Source: Candidatus Bruticola sp.
GTDB taxonomy: Bacteria > Vulcanimicrobiota > Xenobia > Xenobiales > Xenobiaceae
Assembly: GCA_051874735.1 (NCBI GenBank)
Contig: JBJEGD010000031.1
Location: forward strand, 66,681-130,680
Direction: 5' to 3'
DNA: 64,000 bases
The first letter of the stretch is position 1. Every line of letters starts with the position of its first letter. The notes below the pieces were generated by a model. It had not been told where the DNA came from. It made no database searches and saw only the letters and a program-made list of their open reading frames with translations. A program made the translations under genes and the position numbers. Below are positions 28,225-38,089 of this stretch, one piece after another.

Positions 28225-30273
28225 ATGGGGACAGAAGCGCAGAAAGAGGAGCTCTCGTCACCTGGCTCTGATCTATATTCTGAGGACAGATCTTTTTTTG
28301 AACCTGAAGATAATAATTGTCAAGTGGATGCTGCTTTTCAGGAAAGTTCTTGTAAAGGTTTCATCAGTGTAGAAGAGGCTATGGAAAAGTGGCTGGGAGC
28401 CTTCTATTTCAGTTGTTCTGCTGAGACTCGCGGTACCGTAAATATAGAATCCATACCTCTGCATGAAGCCAAAGGGCGCATTTGTGCAGAGCCTGTAGTT
28501 GCTCTTTGTTCAGTGCCCAACGTCTTTTCTGCAGCTGTAAATGGCTTAGCTGTGAATTCTGCTAGTCTCTTGGGAGCTTCGCCGGCTGAGCCGCGCCGCT
28601 TTACTTTGGGAAAAGACTGCGCTTTGGTCAGTACCGGCGATTCCATGCCGGAGTCTTACGATTTAGTTTTACCTCTAAATGAGGTTAAATTCTCAGACAA
28701 TATCGCTTTTGTCAGCCATATTGATGAACCTTGGAAAAATGTACGCCCTATAGGTGAGGATATCGAGAAAGGGAGTATTTTGGCGCCAGTCGGTGTCAAG
28801 ATAAGCGCTTACGATATCAGCATGATGATGATGGGCGGTATAAGCCAGGTTAGAGTTTACCGTAAGCCTAAAATCACCGTTATAAATGCTAGTCAGCGTT
28901 TCGGCTTTCGTAACAATATTTCTGAAAATGGCGAAATAGTTAATGGCACTGGAGCTTTGATTGCCGGTCTGCTGATGGAAGAAGGCGCTGATAGCCAGTG
29001 TTTTCCGCTGTGCATAGAAAATAATTTAGAATATGCTGAAGAAGAGATTAAGCGAATTACCTCTCAGTCTGACGGGGTTATTCTTATCTCTGAACCTGAA
29101 GAGTGTATAAGTGAAGTTCTCAATATTTTGAGAGCTAATGGTCAGTTGTTAGCTGAAGATATTGCGCTCAATCCGGGACGTGGTTTAGTACTTTTCAAAC
29201 TGTCAGGCAAACCGCTGATAGTTGTTCCTTGTTTCCCCGCTGTAGCTTATGTGGGCTCCGCTATCTTCATGCAGCCTTTAATAAAATTTATGTTGGGAGG
29301 CGTCGAGGAACCGAGTGTTTTGGAGTGGTCTAAGCTGGCGGTCAAGGTGGACACCGATCCTAATGTTAAAGATTTTACTTTTGTCAAGCTGTCTCTTATA
29401 GAAAATCAGAGGATAGCTGTGCCCAATACGCACAATATTTTGATGCGTTCATTTGCTTCTGCTGATGGCTATATTTTATCTCCCAAAGGCGAAAATGGTT
29501 TTGAAGAAGGTAGCAACGTTTTAGTTAAAAGAATTAAGCCGCTTCGTTCTATAGAAAGAAATATTGTCATCATGGGCAGTCAAGATGTCTGCTGTAGTTT
29601 ACTCAATAAACATTGTCTTATGAAGCGTCCGGCTGTTAATCTCATTTGGAAAGGGCTAAGCAGCTATTTAAGTGCCGCTAAACTTAAAGAAAAGTTTTGC
29701 CATATGGCTGCATTGCATATTTTTGACACGCGCAGCGGTCTTTATAATATTCCTTTTTTAAAAGACAATTTTTCCGATTTCCCCGTGGTACTTTTGGGAT
29801 TATACAGACGCAGCTTAGGCTTTGTGGTCGCACCCGGTAACCCTTTAGATATTAATACGCTAAGCGATTTAACCAGAAAAGAAGTGCGTTTTGTCAATCG
29901 TCAGTTGGGAGCGGGCACGCGCCAACTTTTTGATTGGAATTTAGCTAAAGAACGTATAGATCCCATTTACATTAATGGGTACGATCGCTGTCTGAACAAC
30001 CATTTAGCTTCTGCCGCTGAGGTTGCGGCCGGACGAGCTGATGCTGGCCTATCTATACCCGCTGCTGCTAAAGCTATGGGATTAACTTTTGTGCCTTATT
30101 GGTCGGAGTGTCTCGATTTAGCTGTACCCACTGCTTCGTTGGCCGTACCAGCTGTGCGCGATTTTATTGAAGTGCTGCATTCTCTAGAATTTAAAAAAGA
30201 ATGTTCTCAAGTTCTGCAGTTTTACGATTTTAGCTGTGCCGGTGAAGTCATATGGAGTAATGTTAACGTTTAA
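28225..30273 (+). CDS. MoeA-like domain fused to a PBP/LysR-type substrate-binding domain; MoeA motifs degenerate
   Basis: L.EAKGRICAEPV, STGDSMP, NVRPIGEDI. C-terminal FVNRQLGAGTR.LFD, HLASAAEVAAGRADAG. Start placed at ATG 28225. Confidence 0.8.
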   Translation: MGTEAQKEELSSPGSDLYSEDRSFFEPEDNNCQVDAAFQESSCKGFISVEEAMEKWLGAFYFSCSAETRGTVNIESIPLHEAKGRICAEPVVALCSVPNVFSAAVNGLAVNSASLLGASPAEPRRFTLGKDCALVSTGDSMPESYDLVLPLNEVKFSDNIAFVSHIDEPWKNVRPIGEDIEKGSILAPVGVKISAYDISMMMMGGISQVRVYRKPKITVINASQRFGFRNNISENGEIVNGTGALIAGLLMEEGADSQCFPLCIENNLEYAEEEIKRITSQSDGVILISEPEECISEVLNILRANGQLLAEDIALNPGRGLVLFKLSGKPLIVVPCFPAVAYVGSAIFMQPLIKFMLGGVEEPSVLEWSKLAVKVDTDPNVKDFTFVKLSLIENQRIAVPNTHNILMRSFASADGYILSPKGENGFEEGSNVLVKRIKPLRSIERNIVIMGSQDVCCSLLNKHCLMKRPAVNLIWKGLSSYLSAAKLKEKFCHMAALHIFDTRSGLYNIPFLKDNFSDFPVVLLGLYRRSLGFVVAPGNPLDINTLSDLTRKEVRFVNRQLGAGTRQLFDWNLAKERIDPIYINGYDRCLNNHLASAAEVAAGRADAGLSIPAAAKAMGLTFVPYWSECLDLAVPTASLAVPAVRDFIEVLHSLEFKKECSQVLQFYDFSCAGEVIWSNVNV

Positions 30274-30344
30274 AAGCTTCTTGCTGAATGGTTTGCCTGC
30301 TATGAGGCAGGTATAGGCGCGTCGCGGGCGAATAGGCGGGCGCT

Positions 30345-31709
30345 ATGTGGCTAGCTGCTAATGAAGTTTTTGATACTTTGCGTATGATCGAAAATGAACA
30401 CCTCGATGTGCGCACCGTTACTATGGGATTGAATCTGCAGGATTGCGCGTCTGGTTCTATGCGCACTACCTGTGATAAGGTTACAGAAAAGATTCTGAAG
30501 GTCGGTGAAAGGCTTGTTCCTGTTGTCGAGCAAGTTTCTCAAGAGTTTGGTGTTCCTATCGTCAATAAACGTATCGCCCTTTCACCTCTCTCTCTTTTAG
30601 GCGCTTCTACTGGAGCTGATTCTTACGTGCCCTTAGCTTTAGCTGTCGATAAAGCTGCTAAAGAAATAGGGGTCGATTATATCGGCGGCTTCAGTGCTAT
30701 TGTGCATAAGGGCTTTACCAACGCTGACCGCGTTCTTTTTAATTCTATACCTGAAGCCTTAAACGTTACAGACAGAGTCTGCTCTTCAGTCTCGCTTGGT
30801 TCTACGAAGGCCGGCATCAATATGGATGCGGTGAAGTTGTTTGGTGAAGTAGTTCACAAAACAGCCTTCCTTCGTCCGGAATTGGAGGGGCTACCTTGCT
30901 GCAAGTTAGTGTGCTTCTGCAATATGGTGGAGGATAATCCTTTTATTGCTGGAGCTATGCATGGGGTAGGCGAGCCTGAATGCTCTATTAATGTCGGTAT
31001 TAGCGGTCCTGGTGTAGTTAATGCGGCTATTAGACGTTTAGGAAATAGAGCCGATTTAGGTAAGGTCGCTGAGGCGGTTAAGCGCACTGCCTTCAAAATT
31101 ACCCGCATGGGGGAATTAGTTGGACGTGAGGTGTCTCGCCGTCTGAAAGTAAATTTCGGCATCCTCGATTTGTCTTTAGCTCCCACGCCGGAACGTGGCG
31201 ATTCTGTGGCCGATGTTTTAGAAGCTATGGGATTGGAGCGCTGTGGCACTCATGGTACGACAGCCGCTTTAGCGTTGCTTAACGATGCTGTCAAGAAGGG
31301 AGGCACCATGGCCTCCTCTTATGTTGGTGGTCTGTCGGGAGCTTTTATCCCCCTTTCAGAAGATGAGGAGATGGCTTATTGTGCTCAGATAGGGGCTCTC
31401 TCTCTAGATAAGCTAGAGGCTATGACTTGCGTTTGCTCGGTAGGCCTAGATATGATTGCCGTTCCTGGTGACACTCCTCCAGCCACAATTTCTGGAATTG
31501 TCGCTGATGAAATGGCTATAGGCATGGTCAACAGTAAAACTACAGCAGTGCGCATTTTACCGATTCCGGGCAAAAAAGCCGGCGACAAGGTCGATTATGG
31601 CGGGCTTTTAGGTTCTGCTTCTATCATAGCTGTTAATCCTCATAGTTCTTCTGTGTTTATTGAACGCGGTGGACGAATCCCTGCGCCATTGCAAGCTTTG
31701 AAGAACTAG
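30345..31709 (+). CDS. UPF0210/DUF711 (PFL-family-like) protein
   Basis: [65 protein letters not shown]. Confidence 0.93.
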   Translation: MWLAANEVFDTLRMIENEHLDVRTVTMGLNLQDCASGSMRTTCDKVTEKILKVGERLVPVVEQVSQEFGVPIVNKRIALSPLSLLGASTGADSYVPLALAVDKAAKEIGVDYIGGFSAIVHKGFTNADRVLFNSIPEALNVTDRVCSSVSLGSTKAGINMDAVKLFGEVVHKTAFLRPELEGLPCCKLVCFCNMVEDNPFIAGAMHGVGEPECSINVGISGPGVVNAAIRRLGNRADLGKVAEAVKRTAFKITRMGELVGREVSRRLKVNFGILDLSLAPTPERGDSVADVLEAMGLERCGTHGTTAALALLNDAVKKGGTMASSYVGGLSGAFIPLSEDEEMAYCAQIGALSLDKLEAMTCVCSVGLDMIAVPGDTPPATISGIVADEMAIGMVNSKTTAVRILPIPGKKAGDKVDYGGLLGSASIIAVNPHSSSVFIERGGRIPAPLQALKN

Positions 31710-31848
31710 TCGGCTATCGTTTAACTCCTCCTAATGAGCCGCCGAAGTTAAGTCTGTTGGGCAGATCAGCTTCAGCGGCTTTTTATTTGTACTTATCTGC
31801 TAAAGAACTACCGCAGATATTATTTAATCAGGAGGCGAACTATTTAGT

Positions 31849-33390
31849 ATGGCTAAAGATTCAGAACTGCAGGGCGGTTTGTTTGCTTTTGATGACGATA
31901 GGGAAGATTCTGGCCGCAAGTTATTCTCTGAAAAAAAATCACCTTTTAAGGCAGTGTCATCGCGTCATGATTTTATTTCGCCTAATTTGAAAGCTGCCTC
32001 TGGTCAGTCAGCTGCTACACTTAAAAACGAACCTAATAAAGCGAACGATCGCCAAGAAAGCGAGCTGTCCGAGGAAATGCGGGCCATGCCTTTATCGGCT
32101 CGTATGAGACCTCGCACTTTAGATGAATATGTGGGACAGGAACATTTAGTTGGTCCTGGTCGTATATTGCGCCGTCTTATGGACGGTGAAGCGTTGCCTT
32201 CCATGATTTTATGGGGACCTCCAGGAACAGGCAAAACTAGCTTAGCCAGATTGCTTACTGCTGGGGCTAAAGCGGCTTTTGTCTCTCTGTCTGCTGTAAC
32301 TGCTGGAGTTGGTGAAGTACGCCGTATTATTGGCGAAGCTAGAGAGCGTTGGCGTCTCATGAGGCGCCGCACATTAGTTTTTCTTGATGAAATTCATCGT
32401 TTTAATAAGGCACAGCAAGACGTAATGCTGCCTCATGTTGAGGATGGATCTATAATTTTAGTGGGAGCCACTACTGAGAATCCTTCATTTCAAGTGGTGG
32501 CGCCTCTTTTATCTCGATGTCGTGTTTTTACTTTAAATCCCTTAAGTCAGCAGAATATTGTTCTGTTGCTGCGCCGAGCTTTGGAAGATAAAGAAAGAGG
32601 TTTGGGCCATTTTAATGTTGAGGTTGACCCTAGACTGCTGGACATTTTAGCTGAAGCTTGTACTGGAGATGCTCGCACTGCTTTGAATATTCTGGAAGAG
32701 GCGGTCAATTCTGCCGCTGCTGATGAAGATGGACGTATAATGCTTACAGAGCGTCATTTGGCCGAAGCGGCTGGGCTATCAAATTTTCGTCACAGCCGAT
32801 CTGGTGAGTCACATTACGACATAATTTCAGCTTTAATTAAATCGGTGCGCGGTAGCGATCCTGATGGAGCTGTATATTGGCTGGCCCGTCTGTTGGAAGC
32901 AGGAGAAGATCCTCTTTTTGTGGCTCGGAGGTTAGTAATTTTGGCTTCCGAAGATGTCGGCTTAGCTGATTCTAATGGACTTACAGTAGCTGTAGCTGCT
33001 CAGCAGGCTGTGAACTTTGTTGGCATGCCGGAAGGTTTTTATCCGTTGGCTCATGCCACTTTGTATTTAGCCTTAGCCCCTAAATCTAACAGTGTGGGAA
33101 CCGCTTATATGGCGGCCTCTCAGATTGTTCATCAAAGTCCAGGTGAGCCTGTACCCTTGCATTTGCGCAACGCTCCCACTAAGCTTATGCAGAATTTAGG
33201 CTATGCTAAAGGATATCGCTACGCTCACGATTATGAAAACCATTATGTAAAGCAGCAATTTTTGCCTGATAATTTAAAAGAGTGCCGTTTTTATAATCCC
33301 GGTAAATTGGGTTATGAAAAGCGTTTAGCTGCTTGGTTGGAGCATTTGCGCTCTTCTTCAGAACTAACTCGAGAGGATAACCCTGCTTAG
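31849..33390 (+). CDS. rarA: replication-associated recombination protein A (RarA/MgsA)
   Basis: PLSARMRP, GPPGTGKT, DEIHRFNKAQQD, SALIKSVRGSDPD, VPLHLRNAPT. Confidence 0.96.
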   Translation: MAKDSELQGGLFAFDDDREDSGRKLFSEKKSPFKAVSSRHDFISPNLKAASGQSAATLKNEPNKANDRQESELSEEMRAMPLSARMRPRTLDEYVGQEHLVGPGRILRRLMDGEALPSMILWGPPGTGKTSLARLLTAGAKAAFVSLSAVTAGVGEVRRIIGEARERWRLMRRRTLVFLDEIHRFNKAQQDVMLPHVEDGSIILVGATTENPSFQVVAPLLSRCRVFTLNPLSQQNIVLLLRRALEDKERGLGHFNVEVDPRLLDILAEACTGDARTALNILEEAVNSAAADEDGRIMLTERHLAEAAGLSNFRHSRSGESHYDIISALIKSVRGSDPDGAVYWLARLLEAGEDPLFVARRLVILASEDVGLADSNGLTVAVAAQQAVNFVGMPEGFYPLAHATLYLALAPKSNSVGTAYMAASQIVHQSPGEPVPLHLRNAPTKLMQNLGYAKGYRYAHDYENHYVKQQFLPDNLKECRFYNPGKLGYEKRLAAWLEHLRSSSELTREDNPA

Positions 33391-33461
33391 TTAAGTAGAG
33401 AGGCGCTTGAAGCGAGTAGTGTTAATTTTATTGATTATTTTTATTCAACAAGAGGATTCCA

Positions 33462-34295
33462 ATGTTTAAAATAGGCTGCCATTTATCAATTTCTAAGGGA
33501 TTATCGGCTATGCTGAAAGATGCCCTGTCCATAGAAGCTAACGTTATTCAGTTTTTTTGCCGCAATCCTCGAGGTAAGGGAGTTTTGCGTTTCAGTAAAG
33601 AAGACGTCGAAAATTTTGTTCAGCAGCTTAGTCAGTATAGTTTTGGCCCTCTATTAGTCCACAGTCCGTTTGTTATTAATCCTGCTTCAGTAGAAGAAAA
33701 TGTGCGTTCTTTAACTAAAGAAGTATTTATTGAAGATTTAAATTTTACAGCTCAGCTGCCCGGAGCTATGTATAATTTCCATCCTGGAAATTATTTGAAG
33801 CGCACACCTGAAGAAGGTATTATTTCCATAGCTGAAATGCTTAATGAAGTGGTGCCAGATGATTTTCCGGGGATCGTTCTGCTAGAGACTATGGCTGGCA
33901 AAGGTACAGAGTTAGGACGCTCTTTTGAGGAATTGAAATCTATTATCGATCGGACTGAATGCTCCGAAAAATTGGGCGTTTGTTTAGATACCTGCCATGT
34001 TTGGGATGGAGGCTACGATGTGGTCGATGACTTGGAGCGCACTTTAGACCAGTTTGATCGAGTAGTGGGAATAAATAGATTAAAAGCTATCCATTTAAAT
34101 GATAGTTTGAATGTTCAAGGGGCTCGCAAAGATCGTCATGCTAAAATAGGAGAGGGACGATTAGGTATTAAAGCCATAGCTAGAATTATAAATCATCCTC
34201 TGCTTAAAGATCTGCCATTTTATTTGGAAACTCCCAATGTTTTGGCTGGCTACGGAGAGGAAATAAAAATTTTGCGTAGTTTATATGAAGCGTAA
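33462..34295 (+). CDS. nfo: endonuclease IV (deoxyribonuclease IV)
   Basis: IGCHLS, HSPFVIN, FHPG, LETMAGKGTE, DTCH, HLNDS, DRH, LETP. Confidence 0.95.
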   Translation: MFKIGCHLSISKGLSAMLKDALSIEANVIQFFCRNPRGKGVLRFSKEDVENFVQQLSQYSFGPLLVHSPFVINPASVEENVRSLTKEVFIEDLNFTAQLPGAMYNFHPGNYLKRTPEEGIISIAEMLNEVVPDDFPGIVLLETMAGKGTELGRSFEELKSIIDRTECSEKLGVCLDTCHVWDGGYDVVDDLERTLDQFDRVVGINRLKAIHLNDSLNVQGARKDRHAKIGEGRLGIKAIARIINHPLLKDLPFYLETPNVLAGYGEEIKILRSLYEA

Positions 34296-36042
34296 TACTG
34301 AAGGCTGCGAAGGTAAAGCGCCCATAAATAATATTTGTGAATTTAATCCGAATCTAACAAGTCAAAAAAGTACGGAGCGTCCCGATCGGCTTTCAGCGTC
34401 ATCTGAAATTAGAACCGAGCTGCGCCTGTTGCCTTCTAAATTAGCTCCTTCTGTCCGACCAAGGAGTAACAAGGGGCTCTTTTGGCTTATAGCATTTGGG
34501 GGCGTTCTTCTACTGACAGCGTTTATCTGCAGTTTGATAAGCCTTCGTCCTGAAGTGGAAAATATACTGAGTTGGAAGCGCAACTGTTTGGCAGTCGCTG
34601 TGCCTTGTGATTTGAACGGGCTAGATCCGGCTTTGTCATCGAATGCCGTGTCTATGCAAATGTTGCAGCCGGCCTTTGATAATTTAGTGGAATTTTCCGA
34701 AGGGACTATCAAGCCTTGTCTAGCTCAGAGCTGGAGTACTTCGCCTGATGGTTTAGTCTGGACTTTTAACCTGCGTCCCAACGTTTTGTTCCATGACGGT
34801 ACATCGCTTTCTGCTTCTGTAGTTTGCAGTTGGATCAAGCGGCTTATGAATGGAAATGGCCGCTATTATAAATTCTTTAGGATCAATTTGGGCGGTCAGC
34901 GTCCAGTTATAGCTGAAGTCAAGAGCTTGGGGCAGTTTCAGGTTAGGTTCAAACTCAATTATCCTTGTGCAGATTTTTTGGAGTTGTTAGCCGCCCCTCC
35001 TATGGCCGTTACCATTGCAGATAAAAAGGCCCTTGGATATGGAGCGGTATTAGGTACTGGCCCTTTCCAAATAGCCGATTATAGACCTGGTCAGCGTTTG
35101 AGGCTGCAAGCTTTTCAACAGAGCTGGCGGAAACAGTCCAGCTTTAAAGAATTAGTTTTTATAATTTTGCCAAATTCGTCCAGTCGGTTGCGTGAGTTGG
35201 AGAGGGGAGCCATCGATGTAATGCTCACTCTGCCCTTAGCGGAAGTCGATAGACTTAAAGCTAGTGACCAAATTGTTTTAACTGAGTCTAAAACTTTGGT
35301 GCGCCTTTCTTTGATGCCGAACTTTCTGCACCGCCCATTCAACGATATTAGAGGACGGTTAGCTTTGAGCTATGCTTCACCTAAAAAGTTATTTACAGAG
35401 CGTTTTGCTGGTAAGCGAGGTTCGTTGGGCCGCTCAATTTTGTCACCTTTAAGTAAGTTCGCTTTAAATTCTTGTTCGCTCAATAATTACGCCCCTGACA
35501 AAGCGAAGCGTTTGCTCAGTCGCATTTACGGAGTAGAGAATCAGCCAGAAAAACTTATTATGCTTTATTGTCGGGATAGTGGAAGTTGGGCTGATATGCG
35601 CTCTTCTGCCCAATTTTTGGCTGCTGGTCTCGAGACTTCCGGATTCCAAATTGAGCTGCATGAGGCCGATCAGGAGGAGTATCAGCGCGATCTGTCAGGA
35701 AATTATTATGATATATGCTTGCAGGCTGAAGAGGTAGCAGCTGCTGATCCCAGTTTGGAAATCAATCTCCTCATATCCGACCCTGGTGACGTTCACGATC
35801 AGTACAACATCGCTAATTACGATAGTCAAAGAATTTGGCGCCTTTTAGAAGCGGCTCGCTCAGCCCAAAATGTTGCTGATCGTATGAACTGTTATCAGGC
35901 CGTACAGAAAAAATTAGATAGTGATGCGGCTGATTTTGTACTCTGCTGGGCTAGTGTAATTCACGCTCATCAGCAAAATGTTCGCGGTTTAGAAATAGAT
36001 CGCTGGGGTATTATACATTTCGAAAAGGCTTTTATCTTATAG
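34285..36042 (+). CDS. ABC transporter substrate-binding protein, family 5 (Opp/Dpp-like), membrane-anchored
   Basis: LDPA, LAQSW.TSPDG.VWTFNLR..V.FHDG, GTGPF; single N-terminal TM segment. Confidence 0.85.
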   Translation: MKRNTEGCEGKAPINNICEFNPNLTSQKSTERPDRLSASSEIRTELRLLPSKLAPSVRPRSNKGLFWLIAFGGVLLLTAFICSLISLRPEVENILSWKRNCLAVAVPCDLNGLDPALSSNAVSMQMLQPAFDNLVEFSEGTIKPCLAQSWSTSPDGLVWTFNLRPNVLFHDGTSLSASVVCSWIKRLMNGNGRYYKFFRINLGGQRPVIAEVKSLGQFQVRFKLNYPCADFLELLAAPPMAVTIADKKALGYGAVLGTGPFQIADYRPGQRLRLQAFQQSWRKQSSFKELVFIILPNSSSRLRELERGAIDVMLTLPLAEVDRLKASDQIVLTESKTLVRLSLMPNFLHRPFNDIRGRLALSYASPKKLFTERFAGKRGSLGRSILSPLSKFALNSCSLNNYAPDKAKRLLSRIYGVENQPEKLIMLYCRDSGSWADMRSSAQFLAAGLETSGFQIELHEADQEEYQRDLSGNYYDICLQAEEVAAADPSLEINLLISDPGDVHDQYNIANYDSQRIWRLLEAARSAQNVADRMNCYQAVQKKLDSDAADFVLCWASVIHAHQQNVRGLEIDRWGIIHFEKAFIL

Positions 36043-36077
36043 CTTTTATCTTATAAGTTCGGCGAAAGAACAGACTC

Positions 36078-37601
36078 ATGCTTATATACGATCGAGTTTC
36101 TTTATTGAGCCAAGCGCAGGTCTCTAGTGATAAATATGAACAATTGTGCTTCGGGATCAACCTGCTGGAAAAAGTGCGGAACACTTTACAGAATATTAGT
36201 ATCCCTTTGCTTAAGTTGCCTGAGTTTTGGAGAGGCCGCATATTTATTGTGGGTGGAGCACTGCGCAATTTAGCCTGGAATTATCCCGTTAAAGATTGGG
36301 ATCTGATTATTGAAGGAGGGGCACCACATGACACGGCCCGCTTATCCCGCCGTTTCTGTGATGTTTGCGGGGCTGCCTGGGTAGTTTTAGATCATAAGCG
36401 CGGGTTCTATCGAGCCGTTTTTACTAACGAAAATACGGATGTCGATTTTTGCGCCCTGCGCGGTGCTTTTTTGGAAGATGATCTTAAAGATAGAGATTTT
36501 ACGATCAATTCTTTAGCTTACAGTATAACTGAGAATATTATTTACGATGAAAAGCAGAGTTTGGTCGATTTGTACCAGCGCAAGTTGGCGCCCGTTTCGC
36601 CTTCTTGTTTATTTAACGATCCGCTGCGAGCTCTGCGGGCTTTGCGCTTAGGTATTGCATATCATCTTACTTGGGATAATGACTTATCTGCTCAGGTAGC
36701 TCATACGTTACAATCAGAAATAGGTCGAGTAGCCGAGGAGAGAGTTGGCTCTGAATTGGCTGCTGTATTACAGTGTTCATTGACTGAACAATTGAGTCTA
36801 TTGGCTGATTGCGCTTTTCCTCAATTTTTGTGCGGCGCGGGTACAAACTATCAGTTGGAAGGTCATAGAGAAAACTCTTCTTGGCTTTCTTCTGAGGGGG
36901 TAGTTCTTTTAATCGCTTTAGAGAGAGAACAGCATACAGGTTGGCCCAAGCTCAAACATAGCGGAAAACTTTTGCAGCATTATTTGAAATTATCGGTAAA
37001 AGGAGGGCGAAGTTTTCTAGTATTACTCAAAATGGCTTTGTTATGTCCTAGTTATCATCTAGAAAAAAAGCAAAATCGCTATAAATTATCAGTTCAAGAA
37101 CTAAAAGTAATATTTGAACTTAAACAAGCTGCTTCTGAATTGTGCAATTTACTATCGCAGAGAGCCTCAAGGAGGCAGTATTATAATTTTTTAACTAAAG
37201 TTAAGTTCTTCCCATGTTTAATTGCCTTGAATTATCTTTGGAAATTGTTTCAGTTTCAGGAAAAAGATAAGGGAAAATTATCATTTAACTCTGTTGGTAA
37301 TCTATCTAATCAAGACGACTTTCCTTTGGCATCTGACAACAGTGCTAAATTATGTGCCTATCATGAAGATACTTCTTGGTCCTTTCTGTTAGATTGTCTA
37401 TTACTAGATTATTTGAAAAACGGCACTCTTTCTTGCCCTGTTGTGCCTATAGATGGTCATCTTTTACAGAAAGAGTTAAACATCAGTCCTGGTCCTCAGT
37501 TAGGAAAAATTTTGGCTGCTCTATCTGCAGAGTGCAGCGAGCATTTTATGTCAAAAAATGAAGCTTTATCTTGGGTAAAGAATCACTTAGCTTGCGAGTA
37601 A
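36078..37601 (+). CDS. class II tRNA nucleotidyltransferase, probably CC-adding type
   Basis: VGGALRN..KDWDL, RDFTINS, DPLRALR, VAEERV..EL, C-terminal GPQLGKIL. Flexible loop deleted. Confidence 0.85.
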   Translation: MLIYDRVSLLSQAQVSSDKYEQLCFGINLLEKVRNTLQNISIPLLKLPEFWRGRIFIVGGALRNLAWNYPVKDWDLIIEGGAPHDTARLSRRFCDVCGAAWVVLDHKRGFYRAVFTNENTDVDFCALRGAFLEDDLKDRDFTINSLAYSITENIIYDEKQSLVDLYQRKLAPVSPSCLFNDPLRALRALRLGIAYHLTWDNDLSAQVAHTLQSEIGRVAEERVGSELAAVLQCSLTEQLSLLADCAFPQFLCGAGTNYQLEGHRENSSWLSSEGVVLLIALEREQHTGWPKLKHSGKLLQHYLKLSVKGGRSFLVLLKMALLCPSYHLEKKQNRYKLSVQELKVIFELKQAASELCNLLSQRASRRQYYNFLTKVKFFPCLIALNYLWKLFQFQEKDKGKLSFNSVGNLSNQDDFPLASDNSAKLCAYHEDTSWSFLLDCLLLDYLKNGTLSCPVVPIDGHLLQKELNISPGPQLGKILAALSAECSEHFMSKNEALSWVKNHLACE

Positions 37602-37951
37602 CTTCAGTTTTCACTGCCTCTATACGGCCAATTTGACGATATTAATTGAAAATGTAAATAATGGAATAACGTATACTTTAAACTGAACTTAGAGAGAATG
37701 TTGTCGGAGGAACTGTTTTTATCTTGCTTAAGCAATTTACGATGGGAAGGCAAGTTAAACTTTATGGAGAATAACGACGAGGAATTTTTTCGTTGCTGTG
37801 ATGGCACTTCTGTTGTTCTTTGCTGAAATTGTCTGCAGTTTAATTAGTTTAAAGGACAAGTTTAGTGTTGTTGTCTTTGGGCAGATAGTATTTGGGAGGG
37901 GCAGGAAAGAGTTTTTGTATTGAGAGAGGGCTGCAGCAAGAACTGATTCCT

Positions 37952-38052
37952 AAAACGCTACGACTCACAGAGTTAAAGTAGAGGCAATGAGTCGTCACTC
38001 TCTTGGGTGAAAAAGCCTCTTTCGCGATGTGAAACGCTATCGTTGGCGTTTT
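37952..38052 (+). ncRNA. candidate structured, pseudoknotted 5' leader RNA
   Basis: Four nested helices plus a 6-bp loop-to-downstream pairing, ending 37 nt before the kinase start. Confidence 0.4.
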
Positions 38053-38089
38053 TGTGGTTTTTTAAATACATTATGAGGTCGCTAACCTA

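Noticed and set aside
30290-30344. GC-rich leader of the DUF711 gene as a possible ZTP (pfl) riboswitch
   Set aside because: No GACTGGCG/GGTGG...CGCCTGGGC consensus; only a short hairpin.
37604-37807. 67-aa minus-strand ORF in the spacer before the kinase
   Set aside because: No SD or recognisable motif, AT-rich; likely non-coding.
37979-38041. AGAGGC...ATGAGT...CGCTATC resembling lysine riboswitch ends
   Set aside because: Only about 60 nt, with no GAAAGG/GCCGAA core. Kept instead as an unclassified structure.
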